64,000 nucleotides of DNA, taken from Octopus vulgaris (lineage: Eukaryota). A program made the translations under genes and the position numbers. Location: contig OX597825.1 of assembly GCA_951406725.2 (NCBI GenBank), positions 75,826,001 to 75,890,000 of the forward strand. The letters are read 5' to 3'. Within the stretch, counting starts at the first letter, position 1. Each line of letters opens with the position of its first letter. Below are positions 38,358 through 50,868 of the stretch, in pieces. The notes under the pieces are model-generated. The model did no database searches and was not told where the DNA came from. It was given only the letters and a program-made list of their open reading frames with translations.

Positions 38358-38879
38358 CAAAGGATAAGCCCCCACTTTTCTGGGAATTACCAGGTACGCC
38401 AGCTAGTAATATAAATAAGAAGGAAGTTGGATAATTCTTTGGTTTTATTTATTCGACATTACACATGTTTCATTTGCTAATAGGAATCACAAAATTGTAC
38501 ATGTTGGATAAACATGAAAGATATTTCCTATTAGAAATTCTTCATACAGAGAATCATGGAGACAAAACATACATATGTAGTTAATATAAAAAAAAAACAT
38601 ATCAAGAAGAAGCACATGCTAAAAATATAGAGCAGTAATTATTACAAAATTTTATATCTTGGACATAGTTATCCAAGGTTTCGCTCCCACAAAGCTAAAG
38701 CCTTGTGGACAGTTCATCAGGCTTTATTTGAATACAAAATTTTAAAATATCTACGCTGCATATGTGAGGAAACACTCAGAACTCGAGGAATAGGAAAAAA
38801 TGTTAATGAGTACGGGTTATTTCCTCTTAAACAGAGGGATTAAAAAAACTTTATATACTTGGAGAGGCCTAATCATCAA

Positions 38880-39412
38880 ATGGGGAGACTTGATGTAATT
38901 GACTTAATTCCTCCCCTGAAATTCCTGGCCTTGTATCAAAATTTGAAACCAATAATATTATTATTATTGATGAGGTGACAAGCTGGCAGAATCATTAGCA
39001 CACTGGGCAAAATGCTTAGCAGCATTTCATCTGTCTTTAGATTCTGAGTTTAAATTCCACCGAGGTCAACTTTGCCTTTCAACCTTTCAGGGCCAATAAA
39101 CTTAGAACACTGTGGTCAATGTAATTCTCTTAACCCCTACTCTGAAACTGCTGGTCTTGTACCAAATCTTCATCATTACTGATGTGGTTGCGAGCTGGCA
39201 GGTTCATTAGCATGCCAGGTAAAATGCTTAGCAGCATTTTGTCCGTCTTTGTGTTCTGAGTTTAAATTCTGCTAAGGTTAACTTTGCTTTTCATCCTTTT
39301 AGAGTCGATAAAGTAAGTACTAGTTTATCACTGGGGTTGATGCAATTGACTTATTCCCTGCTCCCAAATTACTGGTCTTGTGCCAAAATCTGAAACCATT
39401 ATTATTATTATT
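38880..39412 (+). mobile_element. Head-to-tail cluster of SINE family B copies with (ATT)n tails
   Basis: One tail fragment plus two full copies (~38972-39180, ~39185-39412). Confidence 0.85.
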
Positions 39413-40312
39413 GATATGATTATTTATGTAGCGAGTTGTTTGATGAGGTGTGACCAGTTTATAGATTCATTGATTGGAAATACGCATATAATGTCATAAG
39501 TCTAATTAGCTCATGGTTTTACCTTCTCGTTTATTGGAGCTAATAACTAAGTTCTGCTTATTAGATTATTGAAGTATGGCTAGAGTGGGAGCAAATTAAG
39601 TAATATTTCTTTTGACTTCCATTTGTGACAACAATCCTCTTTGTTGTGTTTTAGCTTATTTTAACATCTATTCTGTCTATTCCGGAATATTAGTTAATAT
39701 TAAAGGTGCAAATATGATGGTTTAGTTAAGTTCACTTCTCGACCATGTGGTTTCAGGTTCTATCCCAGTATGTTGCACCTTGGGCAAGTATCTTCTGTTA
39801 TGGTTTTGGCTGACCAAAGCCTTATCAGTGGATTTGGTAGGTGAAAGCTGAAAGCAGTCCATTGTATGTGTGTGTATGTCTGTGTATCTGTACCTCCTTA
39901 CGTTGCCATCATGGGGTAGTTATAAGCAAGCATTACTGTTATACAAGCAGTCTCTTATTTCCAATCTTTCATGAAAGCATTTCCAGCCATGGGGAAATAT
40001 TACCTTGCTTAGAAACAGGTGAGGCAACTAAACCTTGTACGTGTGTGTAAACAGTTAAGTATTGTTTATGTTCAAGTATTCTTATGTAAATGAGTAAATA
40101 TCATTATTTTAATGCTTTTCATAAAACTAACTACAAGCCAACTTATATGACTGGTGCCTTTTTGTCTGATGTAATAATGGATTGATTTAATTATACTAAT
40201 CTGTGCTTTGGATTTACTATTGAGACATATTGTTTGAAGTGACCTAGAAGAATATGTGGTAACTTCTTCAAAAACAAAACAAAAAAGTTTTGAAACAGTA
40301 ACTGTTTAGAAA

Positions 40313-40527
40313 TCCTTTCTACTATAGGTACAAGGCCTAACATTTGGGTGACGGGGTGGTCAATTACATCAACCCCAGTACTCAACTGGTACTTAATTCA
40401 TCAACCCTGGAAGGATGAAAGGCAAAGTTGACCTCGACAGAATTTGAACTCGGAACGAAGCAGCAGACGAAATACCACTAGGCATTTCACCCGGCATGCT
40501 AATGACTCTGCCAGCTCGCCACCTTGT
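40313..40527 (-). mobile_element. SINE family B copy
   Basis: Reverse complement of the family B head and central domain. Confidence 0.85.
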
Positions 40528-40800
40528 AACTTTCTAATAATGTCCCAGGACTCATAGGACTAGTTTCCCAGTTTTCATATCAAATAAGTAGCAGAAATCA
40601 GAATATTCCACTGGAATTGGATGCCAGCATAGTGTGAACTGAAGTATTTTGCTCAAGAACACTACACACTGTTCGATCTGGAAATCAAAACCATGATCTT
40701 ACGATCATGAGAGCAAAAACTAACCACCAAGCCATGCTTCTTCACATTGAAGCCGGTAGCACAGAAAACATTCAGTCATCTAAAATTGTTCAACATTTAA

Positions 40801-40972
40801 CCCTTTGGTGTTCAGATTATTCTGTTAAATGTAATGCTTTTTCACTCAAATTGTTTTGAATTAATCATACATTATCTCATAGCTTTGAAATCTCAATGAT
40901 GTGAATATTTATTTTTAGAATGTCAATGTAGGTTAAGTGTGAGAAGCTAGATATGGCTAGTTCAAATAATAA
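40801..40972 (-). mobile_element. Truncated MITE family 1 copy
   Basis: TTAA-CCCTTTGGTGTTCAG start; other TIR missing, replaced by a duplication of the left flank. Confidence 0.8.
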
Positions 40973-42064
40973 CAGCTCATCTAAAGTTGTTCAACATTTA
41001 AATCTTAATAATCCTGTAACAAGTTCTCAGTGCAGCAACACCTAATGTTGCCTATGGTCTTCAAAATCAAGAGTACATAAGCGAGAAAGAGTTACTGCTA
41101 CTCACCGCTTCTTTCTCTTTATCCGCATCTTCTATCTCTCTTTTCTTACTCTTTATCTTCCTCTTCCTTCTCCTCTCCTTTGTTCTCTCCACCACCTCTT
41201 ACCACTACTATGCAGGTGCACCACTTGAAGAATCACTTCTCAATTGCTTCACATCACCATCTTTTATGACAATCATAAAACATTGGACAAAATGTCTTGT
41301 GGTATCTAGTCACTGCTTTTGTACATTCTTAGTTCGAATCCCAGTAAAGTCATCTTTGTCTCTCGTCCTTCTGGGGTGAATAAAAATGTCAGCCAAGTAG
41401 TGGGATTGGTTAACTGATATTCTTATAATGCTTCCTGCATGTGAATGGGATTATAATTAATGATGGTCTCTAATTTGGGGATCATGTTTTAAGTTTTAAA
41501 ACCTAAGACTACATGTTCTGCAATAAAGACAGAGTAACTACTTTTAAAACTACTGATCAAATGTTTCGCTTATTTGGGTTTTTTTTGTTTCACGAGGGTG
41601 GCTGAGCAGGAATTCACTGCTATATTTTCAGTATGAGAAACCTCACTAAACCATTTCTATCGCAAATCAAGTTTTCTCTGTAATTATTATGCTATCACTT
41701 TGCAACCATGTAGTTGGGAGTTTGATTGCACATGAAGCACCTTGTGAATTAAATTTGGTAAATGAAAACTGTACAAAAGTTGTATGCTTATGTTTCTATG
41801 TGTGCATTTATTAGCATGAGACAACAGAATTAGTGTTGATAAAAAGTCCATTGTGTGTCAACCCATCTTGGTTATCTCCCTTTATGCCCACTCAGCTTTT
41901 CCTTTTGTCTTCCTTCAAGGTCACTTACATAAATATCAGAGCAAGTACTGTAGTCAATATTATCAGCTAAAAAGACCATTGTTGACAATATCTCAATTTG
42001 GCAGTTGTCCAATGACTGAGATCCTTCTAGAATTTATCATTTCAAAAATCTATTTTATCATTTG

Positions 42065-42295
42065 AAGCATGTTTGTGTAGACATATCTGCAGTAGAATAC
42101 ACATCATCGTGGCATGTGTTATTGACCATATCTGCAGTATGACGTGTCACATACATGCAATGCATCTTGTTGCATGTACACCTGCAATGTGACTTGTCAC
42201 ACACATGTGCCTGCAGTGCAACTAATTGCACATATGCCTGCAATGCAGACATGTCTGCAATACAACTTGCTGCATACCTTCAGTACAACACAAAT
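42065..42295. repeat. Degenerate ~26-28-bp tandem repeat
   Basis: Recurrent CATAT/GCCTGCA(G/A)T core about 7-8 times. Confidence 0.65.
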
Positions 42296-43352
42296 TGTTG
42301 TGGCTCTAAATCACATGAGTTCCAGCATCTTGAGAACTTTAAGTACTGTTACTTATCTCTTGGTTAGTTTTTCTTTACTAAGGTTCCCTACAACAATCAG
42401 TACAGTATATTTTCATCTAGCACTAATCTTCTATCTATTCAGCTCTACTAACCAGGCAGTACAGTTATTTTTTTGTTGTTATACATTAGTTTGTACCTAT
42501 AATTAATTACTAGCTGTTTTTCTAATAAGCTTGTGCACCACCTTCCGTGCAAGTTCGCATAATGCGTCTAACCTTATTTTCAGCCACAGCAAAACTTCAA
42601 TATTCACTACCTACAATCTCATTGCTGTATATCCTAATGCTCCTTTTGCATATTTCATTTAGTCTACTTGCCCACCTTTCATCACATCTATTTCTAGTAT
42701 TATTTAGGTCAAATGTGTTATAGAATCTATCTAAATCTTCATGAACTTCATCTCATGGGTGTCACTGTTCCTGTAGATCTGCCACATCAAAAGTCTTGGG
42801 CCTAGTCTAGTAGAGGTCTCACTTCAAGTCTTGTGTACCATTTACATACAATGCTTATACAACTCTGAGTCCAGGTTATTGCCTTCCTACATACTGATCA
42901 AGATCACCTGACATTGGTATTAGCTCTCAGTTACTAACTAAAATGTTGACTTTTAAATTCTTCCAGGTTTGGGACTTTTTCAACAAGGAAGAAGCAGCAG
43001 ATTAAATATAATGTTCTCAATGTGATTCAGTCTAGACTTTCTACTGTATTTTTTCCAGAATTTTAGCTAGCAGAAGTGCACTGTATACTCTATTCTTTGA
43101 ATTCTGTCCTTGTTTATGCATTTTTGAATATGACTTCAACCCTTTATTCTTAGATTTCTCGGTGTCCATCAAGCTGGAATTCGGGAATCTTGTCAAATAC
43201 ATTTTTATAATGTAAGTTTGAGAAATTCACCAGCTTGGTACTGTGTGTTTGGACTTAAAGAACCCAATTTAAATAGTATCTGCAAATGTTACTCTTTCAC
43301 TGCTAAGTATTATAAAATAGAGGTCCTTGTGTTATGATTTCTATACATTTAA

Positions 43353-43572
43353 CCCTTTCATTACTCTATTTATTTTGAGATGCTCTCTATTTCTTTCAGT
43401 TACTTTAAATATAACAAAGAATTTAGTAAAATAATTTAGTTATCATTCAGCTAGTGTTAAGAACATAACTTGTGACTAAGGTTTGGTGGAAGATTTTAAT
43501 TCCAAACTTATGAAAACAAGACATTTGTACTCAGAGCTAGGGCCGGTTTCAGCCGGGTTGGTAACGAAAGGG
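43353..43572. mobile_element. TTAA-flanked piggyBac-like MITE family 2
   Basis: TTAA-CCCTTTCATTAC ... GTAACGAAAGGG-TTAA. Confidence 0.9.
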
Positions 43573-44003
43573 TTAAACAAGAGTTCACACAGACAAATAT
43601 CCACCCAAAGGCTATTTGCACTTAGCTGTAAATGATAGTCAAGCCAACGTTTAAATAAAAGAAAATCAATCACAAAATCTATAAGAAAAGCCATCAGTTT
43701 TGAAATGGTATATATTATTCTCCCCAACAAAAATTGACCTCATTTTACATAAGAGAGACGGAGAGGAGGAAAACTTCAAACATGTCACTGACCAATCAGA
43801 TCAAACTTGTTACTGGCACATAGATTTTCATTTGGATAATTTTCAAATGAAACACCTTCTCTTTTGTGTAATAGAACTAATTTATTTCTGTTTCTAAAAA
43901 CCACTACAACTACTTCTACATTTGATAACACTCAGTAAAATATACTGTATATTTAGTCTGTAATAGAAAGAAAAGATAGAGCCTAAGTTGAGTTATATAT
44001 TAA

Positions 44004-44208
44004 CCCTTTAACTGTGAAATTATATTTCATGTAATTCCAGTAACGATGTCTAGCAAAAAAAAAAAAATTGATATTTTTTGCATCAACAAAAAAATTGTTT
44101 CAAAGTTGATATTCCTCAACAAAATATAGATTGGTATACAAAATTGTTTTCCGTAGTTAAGGGCAATGGAATTTTTAGTGGACATATCTGCTTTCCACAA
44201 TAAAAGGG
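44004..44208. mobile_element. TTAA-flanked piggyBac-like MITE family 3
   Basis: TTAA-CCCTTTAACTGTGAAA ... TTTCCACAATAAAAGGG-TTAA. Confidence 0.8.
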
Positions 44209-44887
44209 TTAAGGATAGTTGTAATAATCAATAAGTTGATGATTTATGATGGCAGTAAAAATCAAGAGAATAGGTAACACTGAAAATTAAGATACCTAAT
44301 AAACTATTTTCTGCGCACACCCACGGCAAAATATTGTGTTCAAATTTTGTCTTTCATTGTAAAGTACGTACACATCCATGCAAATACCCATCCCTCAATC
44401 ACTCTATTGACCACCTCAGCAATTGTATGCCATTTTTAAGTGTATATTATTATTTAAGAGTTTATTATGAAGTTATATGATTAATTTCTTCAGTTAAAAA
44501 AGAAAGAAAACAAAACTTGATTTCATTTTTAAAAACCTGGTGTGAATACATTTTCTTCTCCTTTTTTTGTTCAAGTGCATAAGATGTGCAGGTTGCATGC
44601 ATTTTAGCACATGTACACAAGTGCACAACTTTGAGAGAGAACATAGTTGAAGTGTTATGTGTGTTTGTGTGAAATGAACTGGAGAATGCCATTGTTCATT
44701 CAGGCGTGGCTCTCCCCATCTTCATCATATTGCGCCACATAATTCAGAGTGGTTTTCAATCTATTTCATTTAGTCTGTTAATGTTGCTGAATAAGTTCTA
44801 TTATTTGTGGCTCTTTGTGTATGTAACAGTAACTGTTTAACCTTTATATATTTATATATATATATATGCATGTGTGTGTGTGTGTGT

Positions 44888-47135
44888 GATCATTTAACAT
44901 CCGTTGTCTATGTTGGCATGGGTTGGATGGTTTGACCAGGGTTGGTAAGCTGGAAGGCTGCACCTGACTCCAGTCTGATTTGGCATGGTTTTCTATGGCT
45001 TGATGCCTTTCCTAACACCAACTACTCTGAGAGAGTAATGGGTGCTTTTATGTACCACCAGCATGGGTACCATTTGCATGACACCAGTATCTGTCATGAC
45101 TGATTTTGCTCGGCTTGATGGGTCTTCTTCTCAAGCATAGCATAATGTCAAAGGTCCCGGTCATTGCCTCTGTGAAGTCCAATGCTTGAATGGAATTCAG
45201 CCACTTTGCCTCCGTGAGGTCCAATGCTTGAAAGGTGCCCTTTATGTGTCACTGGTATGACTACGATTTCACTTGGCTTGATGGGATTTTCTCAAGCACA
45301 GCATATTGCCAAAGGTCTCGGCCACTAGTCATCGACTTTTTGAGGCAATGACTAGTTCGAAGATCTTGCTTCACTACTTCATCCCATATCTTCTTGTGTC
45401 TACCTCTACCACAGGTTCCCTCCACAGTTAGACACTTTTTTATACAGCTGTCCTTGTCCATATGCATCACATCATCATACCAGCATAATTGTCTCTCTTG
45501 CACACCACATCTGATGCCTCTTATGCCTAACGTTTCTCTCAAGATGCTTTCACTCTGTCGAACATGCACATTGACATGGCACATTCAGCAAAGCATACTG
45601 GTTTCATATTTTTTCAATCCTACGCATGTCCTTGGCTGTTACAGCTCATGTTTCACTGTCATGTAATATGGCTGTTCACACACAGGCATCATATAATTTG
45701 CCTTTTACTCTGTTTGTCAGCAGAGGTAGGAGCTCTCAGAACTTTGTCCAGCCTAATCTTATTCTCACAGTTACACACTCAAAGCATCCATCTCCACTAC
45801 TAAATTGGTCACCTAGATAATAGAAGCTATCTACTACATCTAGCTTGCCCCCCTGGTAGTTGATGGAGTCCATTTTCTGCACATTTTCAGCAGTTATTGT
45901 ACCTGTGCATCTTCCACATACAAAATCTAGTTTCCCTGTTAACCTTCCTTTGATATTGCTGCACCTTTTATGTGTCCAAAGCTTACATTGGGTGCATCTT
46001 ATAGAGCTTCTACCTATGTCTTTTCTACAGATTGAGCAGGACCTTTTACTTGAAGGGATTAGTGATTTGTCTGCCTTCCTACTTACAAAGACTTTGGTTT
46101 TTGCTAGGTTAACTCTAAGGCCCTTTGATTCTAGACCTTACTTCCATATCTGGAACTTCTTTAGTTCAGCAATAAAGGATTCAGCTATAAGAGCAAGGTC
46201 ATCAGCACAGAGAAGCTCCCAGGAGCAGCTGTCTTAAATTCCTCATTATTGCCTGGGGGACTATAATGAACAAGAGAGGTCTGAGCACCAATCCTTGGTG
46301 AACCCTTAGTTGTACCCTGAATTCTTCACTGTACTCATTGCCAACCCTCACCTTTCTGGTAGCATTCCTGTACATAACTTGTACAGCTCTCACCAGCCCC
46401 TTGTCTATCACTAGTTTCCACATTGACCACCAGATAAGGGATCAGGGGACCCTGTCAAAGGCTTTCTCCAAGTCAACAAAGGCCAAGTACAGAGGTTTAT
46501 CTTAGGTTAAGTATTTCTCTTGCAGCTGTCTTATCAGAAATGTAGCATCAGTGGTACTTCTCTCTGGCACAAAACCAAACTTCATCTCATCTACACTAAC
46601 TTTCTCCCTAATTAGTTGGGCTATGATACTTTCATCACCCAATCCAACAATTTGATACCTCTGTAATTATTTCTATTTAAGGCATCACCTTTACCTTTGT
46701 AGCAGTTGACTATGGTGCTGCTACACCAGTCATTGGATATGACTCCTTAGTGAACCACCTGATTTACAATATGGATGATTAGACCATAACCCACACTGCC
46801 AGCTATTTTAGGCATCTCTACAGTGATTCCTGATGGGCCAGGAGCTTTCCCTGTCTTCATATCCTTAACTGCTTTATCTACCAAGGAACTGTCAATTTGG
46901 TTAGCTGGTCCCTCAATTGGGTCAACATTTGGCAGACTCTCCTCTTCCCATTCATCCTCAACGTTCAGCAGTCTTTCATAATGGCATTTCCAAGCCTCTT
47001 TCTTTGCAGACTAATTAAATGCAAGTGAGCCATCATCCATGTGGAGACATTTCTCTCCTATAACATCACAATTTTCTCTCACACACTGTCTTGCAATCTG
47101 AGACACTTCAGTTTTTTGGCCCTCACGTCACTGAT
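44888..47135 (-). mobile_element. 5'-truncated RTE-clade LINE: RT with embedded PHD finger, C-terminus and 3' UTR
   Basis: RT motifs DLEKAFDRVP, VHQGLVLRPLLF, WELLCADD, GLRVNLAKTK, FYYLG; C-terminal CGRGRHKKIWDEVV; stop at 45261; 3' UTR down to ~44888; several stops/frameshifts. Confidence 0.95.
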
Positions 47136-47960
47136 ATATATATATATATATTGTAAACCAATTCAAAAGAAGTTTTATTTAAACTTTGTTCTGCTCACCC
47201 TCTAATCTGTTAATCATAGCTGTTAATCATGATTAAGTGTGTTTTATATTAGGTGAAGTCAGCATCCATCATAATTTGGTACTGCACTGCATTTTTGTAC
47301 TCAGTTCAAAATATGATTTCCGTATTTTTATCTGTTATTACTATTGTAGAAAATAATTAAGGATAAAATGTTATAGTATACATATGTGTGTGTGTGTGTG
47401 TATGTTTAAACTAATGGAAAGGATTTTTCCTCTTTCAGTAAAGGGTGCGTGTATGAGTGTTTACACAAATGCACATACACAAGTTTTCTTTCAATTTCTG
47501 TTTATCATCCCTATTCATAGGGCTATGGTTAATCTGGAGCTATAGAGAAAGTTACTTGCCTAAGGTGTCTTGCAGTGAGGTTTTGTGGCTGTAAATCAAG
47601 TTTATTTCATCATATAGTTATACCTGTCCCTACCTTCATGTATGTAAGTAACACCTAACAATAAATATACTCACTGCAGTCATAATCAGATTTATGCAGG
47701 TCATTGTTTGAAATTAATAATTGCTTTCTTAGCTATTTATGTTGATGGAATCTTACCCTTAATTGCTGGCTCACAGCTGGTAATGCCACTTCAGTATTCC
47801 AGTGCTTTGTTGTGTTCTAATGCCTGTTGGTGACTGGTTGGTTGGGATTTGTAGACTGTTCCTACTGTGGTGGGTCATGTCTGTCTTGCTCCATCATCTT
47901 TCATGTAATTGTTGTTAAACCAGTAAAAGAACTTCTGAATGGCCCCTCATTGTATTTTAA

Positions 47961-48182
47961 CCCTTTAGCATTTAAACCGGCCATATCCGGCCAAAAGTAT
48001 TCTGCTTGTTTTATGTTCAAATTGGCCAGATCTGGTCTCTCACACAAACCCTACAATATTGTTTTTAAAAATTAACAGCTACCTCATCAAAATCTCATAA
48101 CTACAAGATAATGCATGATTAGTTCAAAACAAAGTGGATGAAAAAGCATTAATTTTGGCAGAATAATGTGAACACTAAAGGG
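47961..48182 (+). mobile_element. TTAA-flanked piggyBac-like MITE family 1, best-preserved copy
   Basis: TTAA-CCCTTTAGCATT ... AACACTAAAGGG-TTAA; six copies in the window. Confidence 0.92.
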
Positions 48183-48517
48183 TTAATTTAACTGAATGAC
48201 CAGGTTTCAGGTTCAGTCCAGAGTGAAGCACTTAGGACCAGCGTCTTCTACCATTGCTTTGAGTTGATCTGTTTTATGAGAAATAATTAGGTAAAGAGAA
48301 ATCTGTGTAGATACCCATTGTGTGCGTGTGTGTGTGTGCATGCATGCATTTGCTTTCACATTCAAACTCCTTGCGTAGTAACACTGTTTATGTATCACAT
48401 AAGCCAGAAGTCTGCCAGTTCAGCAGTTCAGTAAGTGATGTAGAATAAAGTATGTTATGTGTAAAACGAGGATTGGAGTCAGGAAGGGCATCCAGCTATG
48501 GAACTCTAGAAATATTA

Positions 48518-48936
48518 CTCTCTCTCTCTTTTACTCTTTTCAGTCATTTGACTGCGGCCATGCTGGAGCACCACTTTTAGTCGAGCAAATTGACCCCGGG
48601 ACTTATTCTTTGTAAGCCCAGTACTTATTCTATCGGTCTCTTTTTGCCGAACCGCTAAGTGACGGGGACGTAAACACACCAGCATCGGTTGTCAAGCGAT
48701 GGTGGGGGGGACAAACACAGACACACAAATATATACACACACACGCACATACATATATATATATACATATATACGACAGGCTTCTTTCAGTTTCCGTCTA
48801 CCAAATCCACTCACAAGGCATTGGTCGGCCCGAGGCTATAGCAGAAGACACTTTTCCAAGATGCCATGCAGTAGGACTGAACCCGGAACCATGTGGTTGG
48901 TAAGCAAGCTACTTACCACACAGCCACTCCTGCGCC
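48518..48936 (-). mobile_element. SINE family A, young full-length copy
   Basis: Near-identical reverse complement of 8950-9348. Confidence 0.92.
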
Positions 48937-49983
48937 TTACTTTGAGAAGTTTTGTCCAACTCCTATCAACTTGGAAAAAGTGTATGCATGGTCCTTGCTA
49001 AAAACAACAATCAAATTCCCCTCAAACTACGCAATACCATCTTAAAAAACCAAAAAAAAAAAATTCTGGTTAATACAATGTTGGATGTGTTGTCTATAAA
49101 TAAGATGAGATAATCGTGGCTGGAATGTTTTGAGTATAGGTTTACTTAATCAAATTTGACCTGCAGGTTAAGTAACACAACAAGAAGATGATGCCTCCTT
49201 TTCGTCAATTTTACTGGATTTTCAGAACATTGAATGAGGACAAACACAAAAGCAACAGCTGGTCAGTGAGTTCATCATTTTCCCCCAACTGTTATTGATT
49301 GCTATGGTTGTTGTTAGTGAGACATAACGAATTGAGCCATACTAATTAACACAGCAGACACTGTGTAATCACATGTTATAGCTTGCAGCCATACTAATAC
49401 ATCAGGACATAGTTCGTTCACGAAAGCCAGTTTTTCACCAAACACTTGTCTTATTTTCTCTCAGTTCAGCCAGGTGTTACAATTCTGACTCACTACAATA
49501 AAGTCAGTTTGAAATGTCTCCGTGCTAAGAAATTCATTTATTTTCAATAATGACTCTCTCTCTCTCTCTCTCTCTCTCTCAGGATTTCTCCAGCTACAAA
49601 ATGAAGACTGTGTAGAATTAGAGGCAATATTGATATGAAATTGATTATTTTTTTTTTTAACACCGTAGCCATTTAATGCAGTAGCTTGGCAGAGGGGTTG
49701 GAATAGAATACCTCATGGTATTTGGCTGGATACTTTGTGTTTTTAAGTTCAAATGCCACTGATGTTGACTTTACTTTCATCAATTAAAGGGTTGATGAAA
49801 AAAAAAAAATATCATTCCAGTACTGTGACTTGATAGAACTGTTAGTCCAGTTGTCAGGGTGCCTTGCAAAAAACAGGCAATGCCTATAATGACACTGGGA
49901 CCAAGCTCTAAATTGGTGTCTTGTTTTGGACATCAGTAGCTTGGCATGAGGAGGCTTATATATATATATATATATATATATAA

Positions 49984-50279
49984 CAAACACCATCCGATCG
50001 TGGCCGTGCCAGCCTCGCCTGGCCTCCGTGCTGGTGGCACGTAAAAAACACCATCCGAGCGTGGCCGTTTTGCCAGCCTTGTCTGGCACCTGTGCAGGTG
50101 GCACATAAAAAGCGCCCACTACACTCTCGGACTGGTTGGCGTTAGGAAGGGCATCCAGCTGTAGAAACACTGCCAGATCAGACTGGGCCTGGCGCAGCCT
50201 TCTGGCTTCCCAGACCCCAGTTGAACCGTCCAACCCATGCTAGCATGGAAAACGGACGTTAAACGATGATGATGATGAT
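49984..50279 (+). mobile_element. RTE 3'-UTR/tail element, young, in a TA tract
   Basis: Two complete modules, conserved core, (GAT)n tail. Confidence 0.9.
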
Positions 50280-50329
50280 ATATATGTCTGTACTAGTATA
50301 GTCTCCTCTCTTAGGTGATTCTATATCTA

Positions 50330-50639
50330 GTTTTTCTTGCAGTTCACTTCATCATTTATGCACACTGACATTACATATCCTGTGAAGCATATGCACTTTC
50401 TCTCCAGCTTTAGCATATCTTTTGCATTCAATGCTCATGTATCCTCACACTTCAAACACAAACATTATGCAATCTAACCTTTACTTGAAAAGAGAACTCC
50501 CTAATTGCTGGCAGATGTAATAACTCCCTGAACATCTTCCATTTCATTCTTACTCAGGCTACTATGCTTTCAGAATATCTACCTTCACTGCTAATTAGGT
50601 CACCTAGGAGACAATAGCTGTCAACTATTCTGAGGATCC
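50330..50639 (-). mobile_element. Old RTE fragment (RT subdomain 7/thumb)
   Basis: Minus strand VDSYCLLGDLISSEG..WKMFRELL, homologous to 45650-45840. Confidence 0.65.
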
Positions 50640-50643
50640 TTAA

Positions 50644-50868
50644 TCCATTAAGTTCCAGAGTACTTAAATTTCTGAATATTACTTTTAAATTTTTACAGAT
50701 GATTGAAAATAGGTTAAAATGAAAAAAAATAATTATTAAAATTCCTTTACTTCAAGTAGAAACGGAAATACTCGGTGTCCTATAAATAGGACACTGAGAC
50801 AATGTGATATAGCTTATTTAATGTTCTCATCTAGTGTCCTATTTATAGGACAGTGGGACTTAATGGGG
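50644..50868. mobile_element. TTAA-flanked MITE family 4 with internal palindromes
   Basis: TTAA-TCCATTAAGTTCCA ... TGGGACTTAATGGGG-TTAA; palindromes GTGTCCTATAAATAGGACAC (50775-50794) and TGTCCTATTTATAGGACA (50835-50852). Confidence 0.8.

Noticed and set aside
8950-48936. Inverted young SINE A pair as a fold-back or composite element
   Set aside because: 40 kb apart with no shared TSD; expected for an abundant young family.
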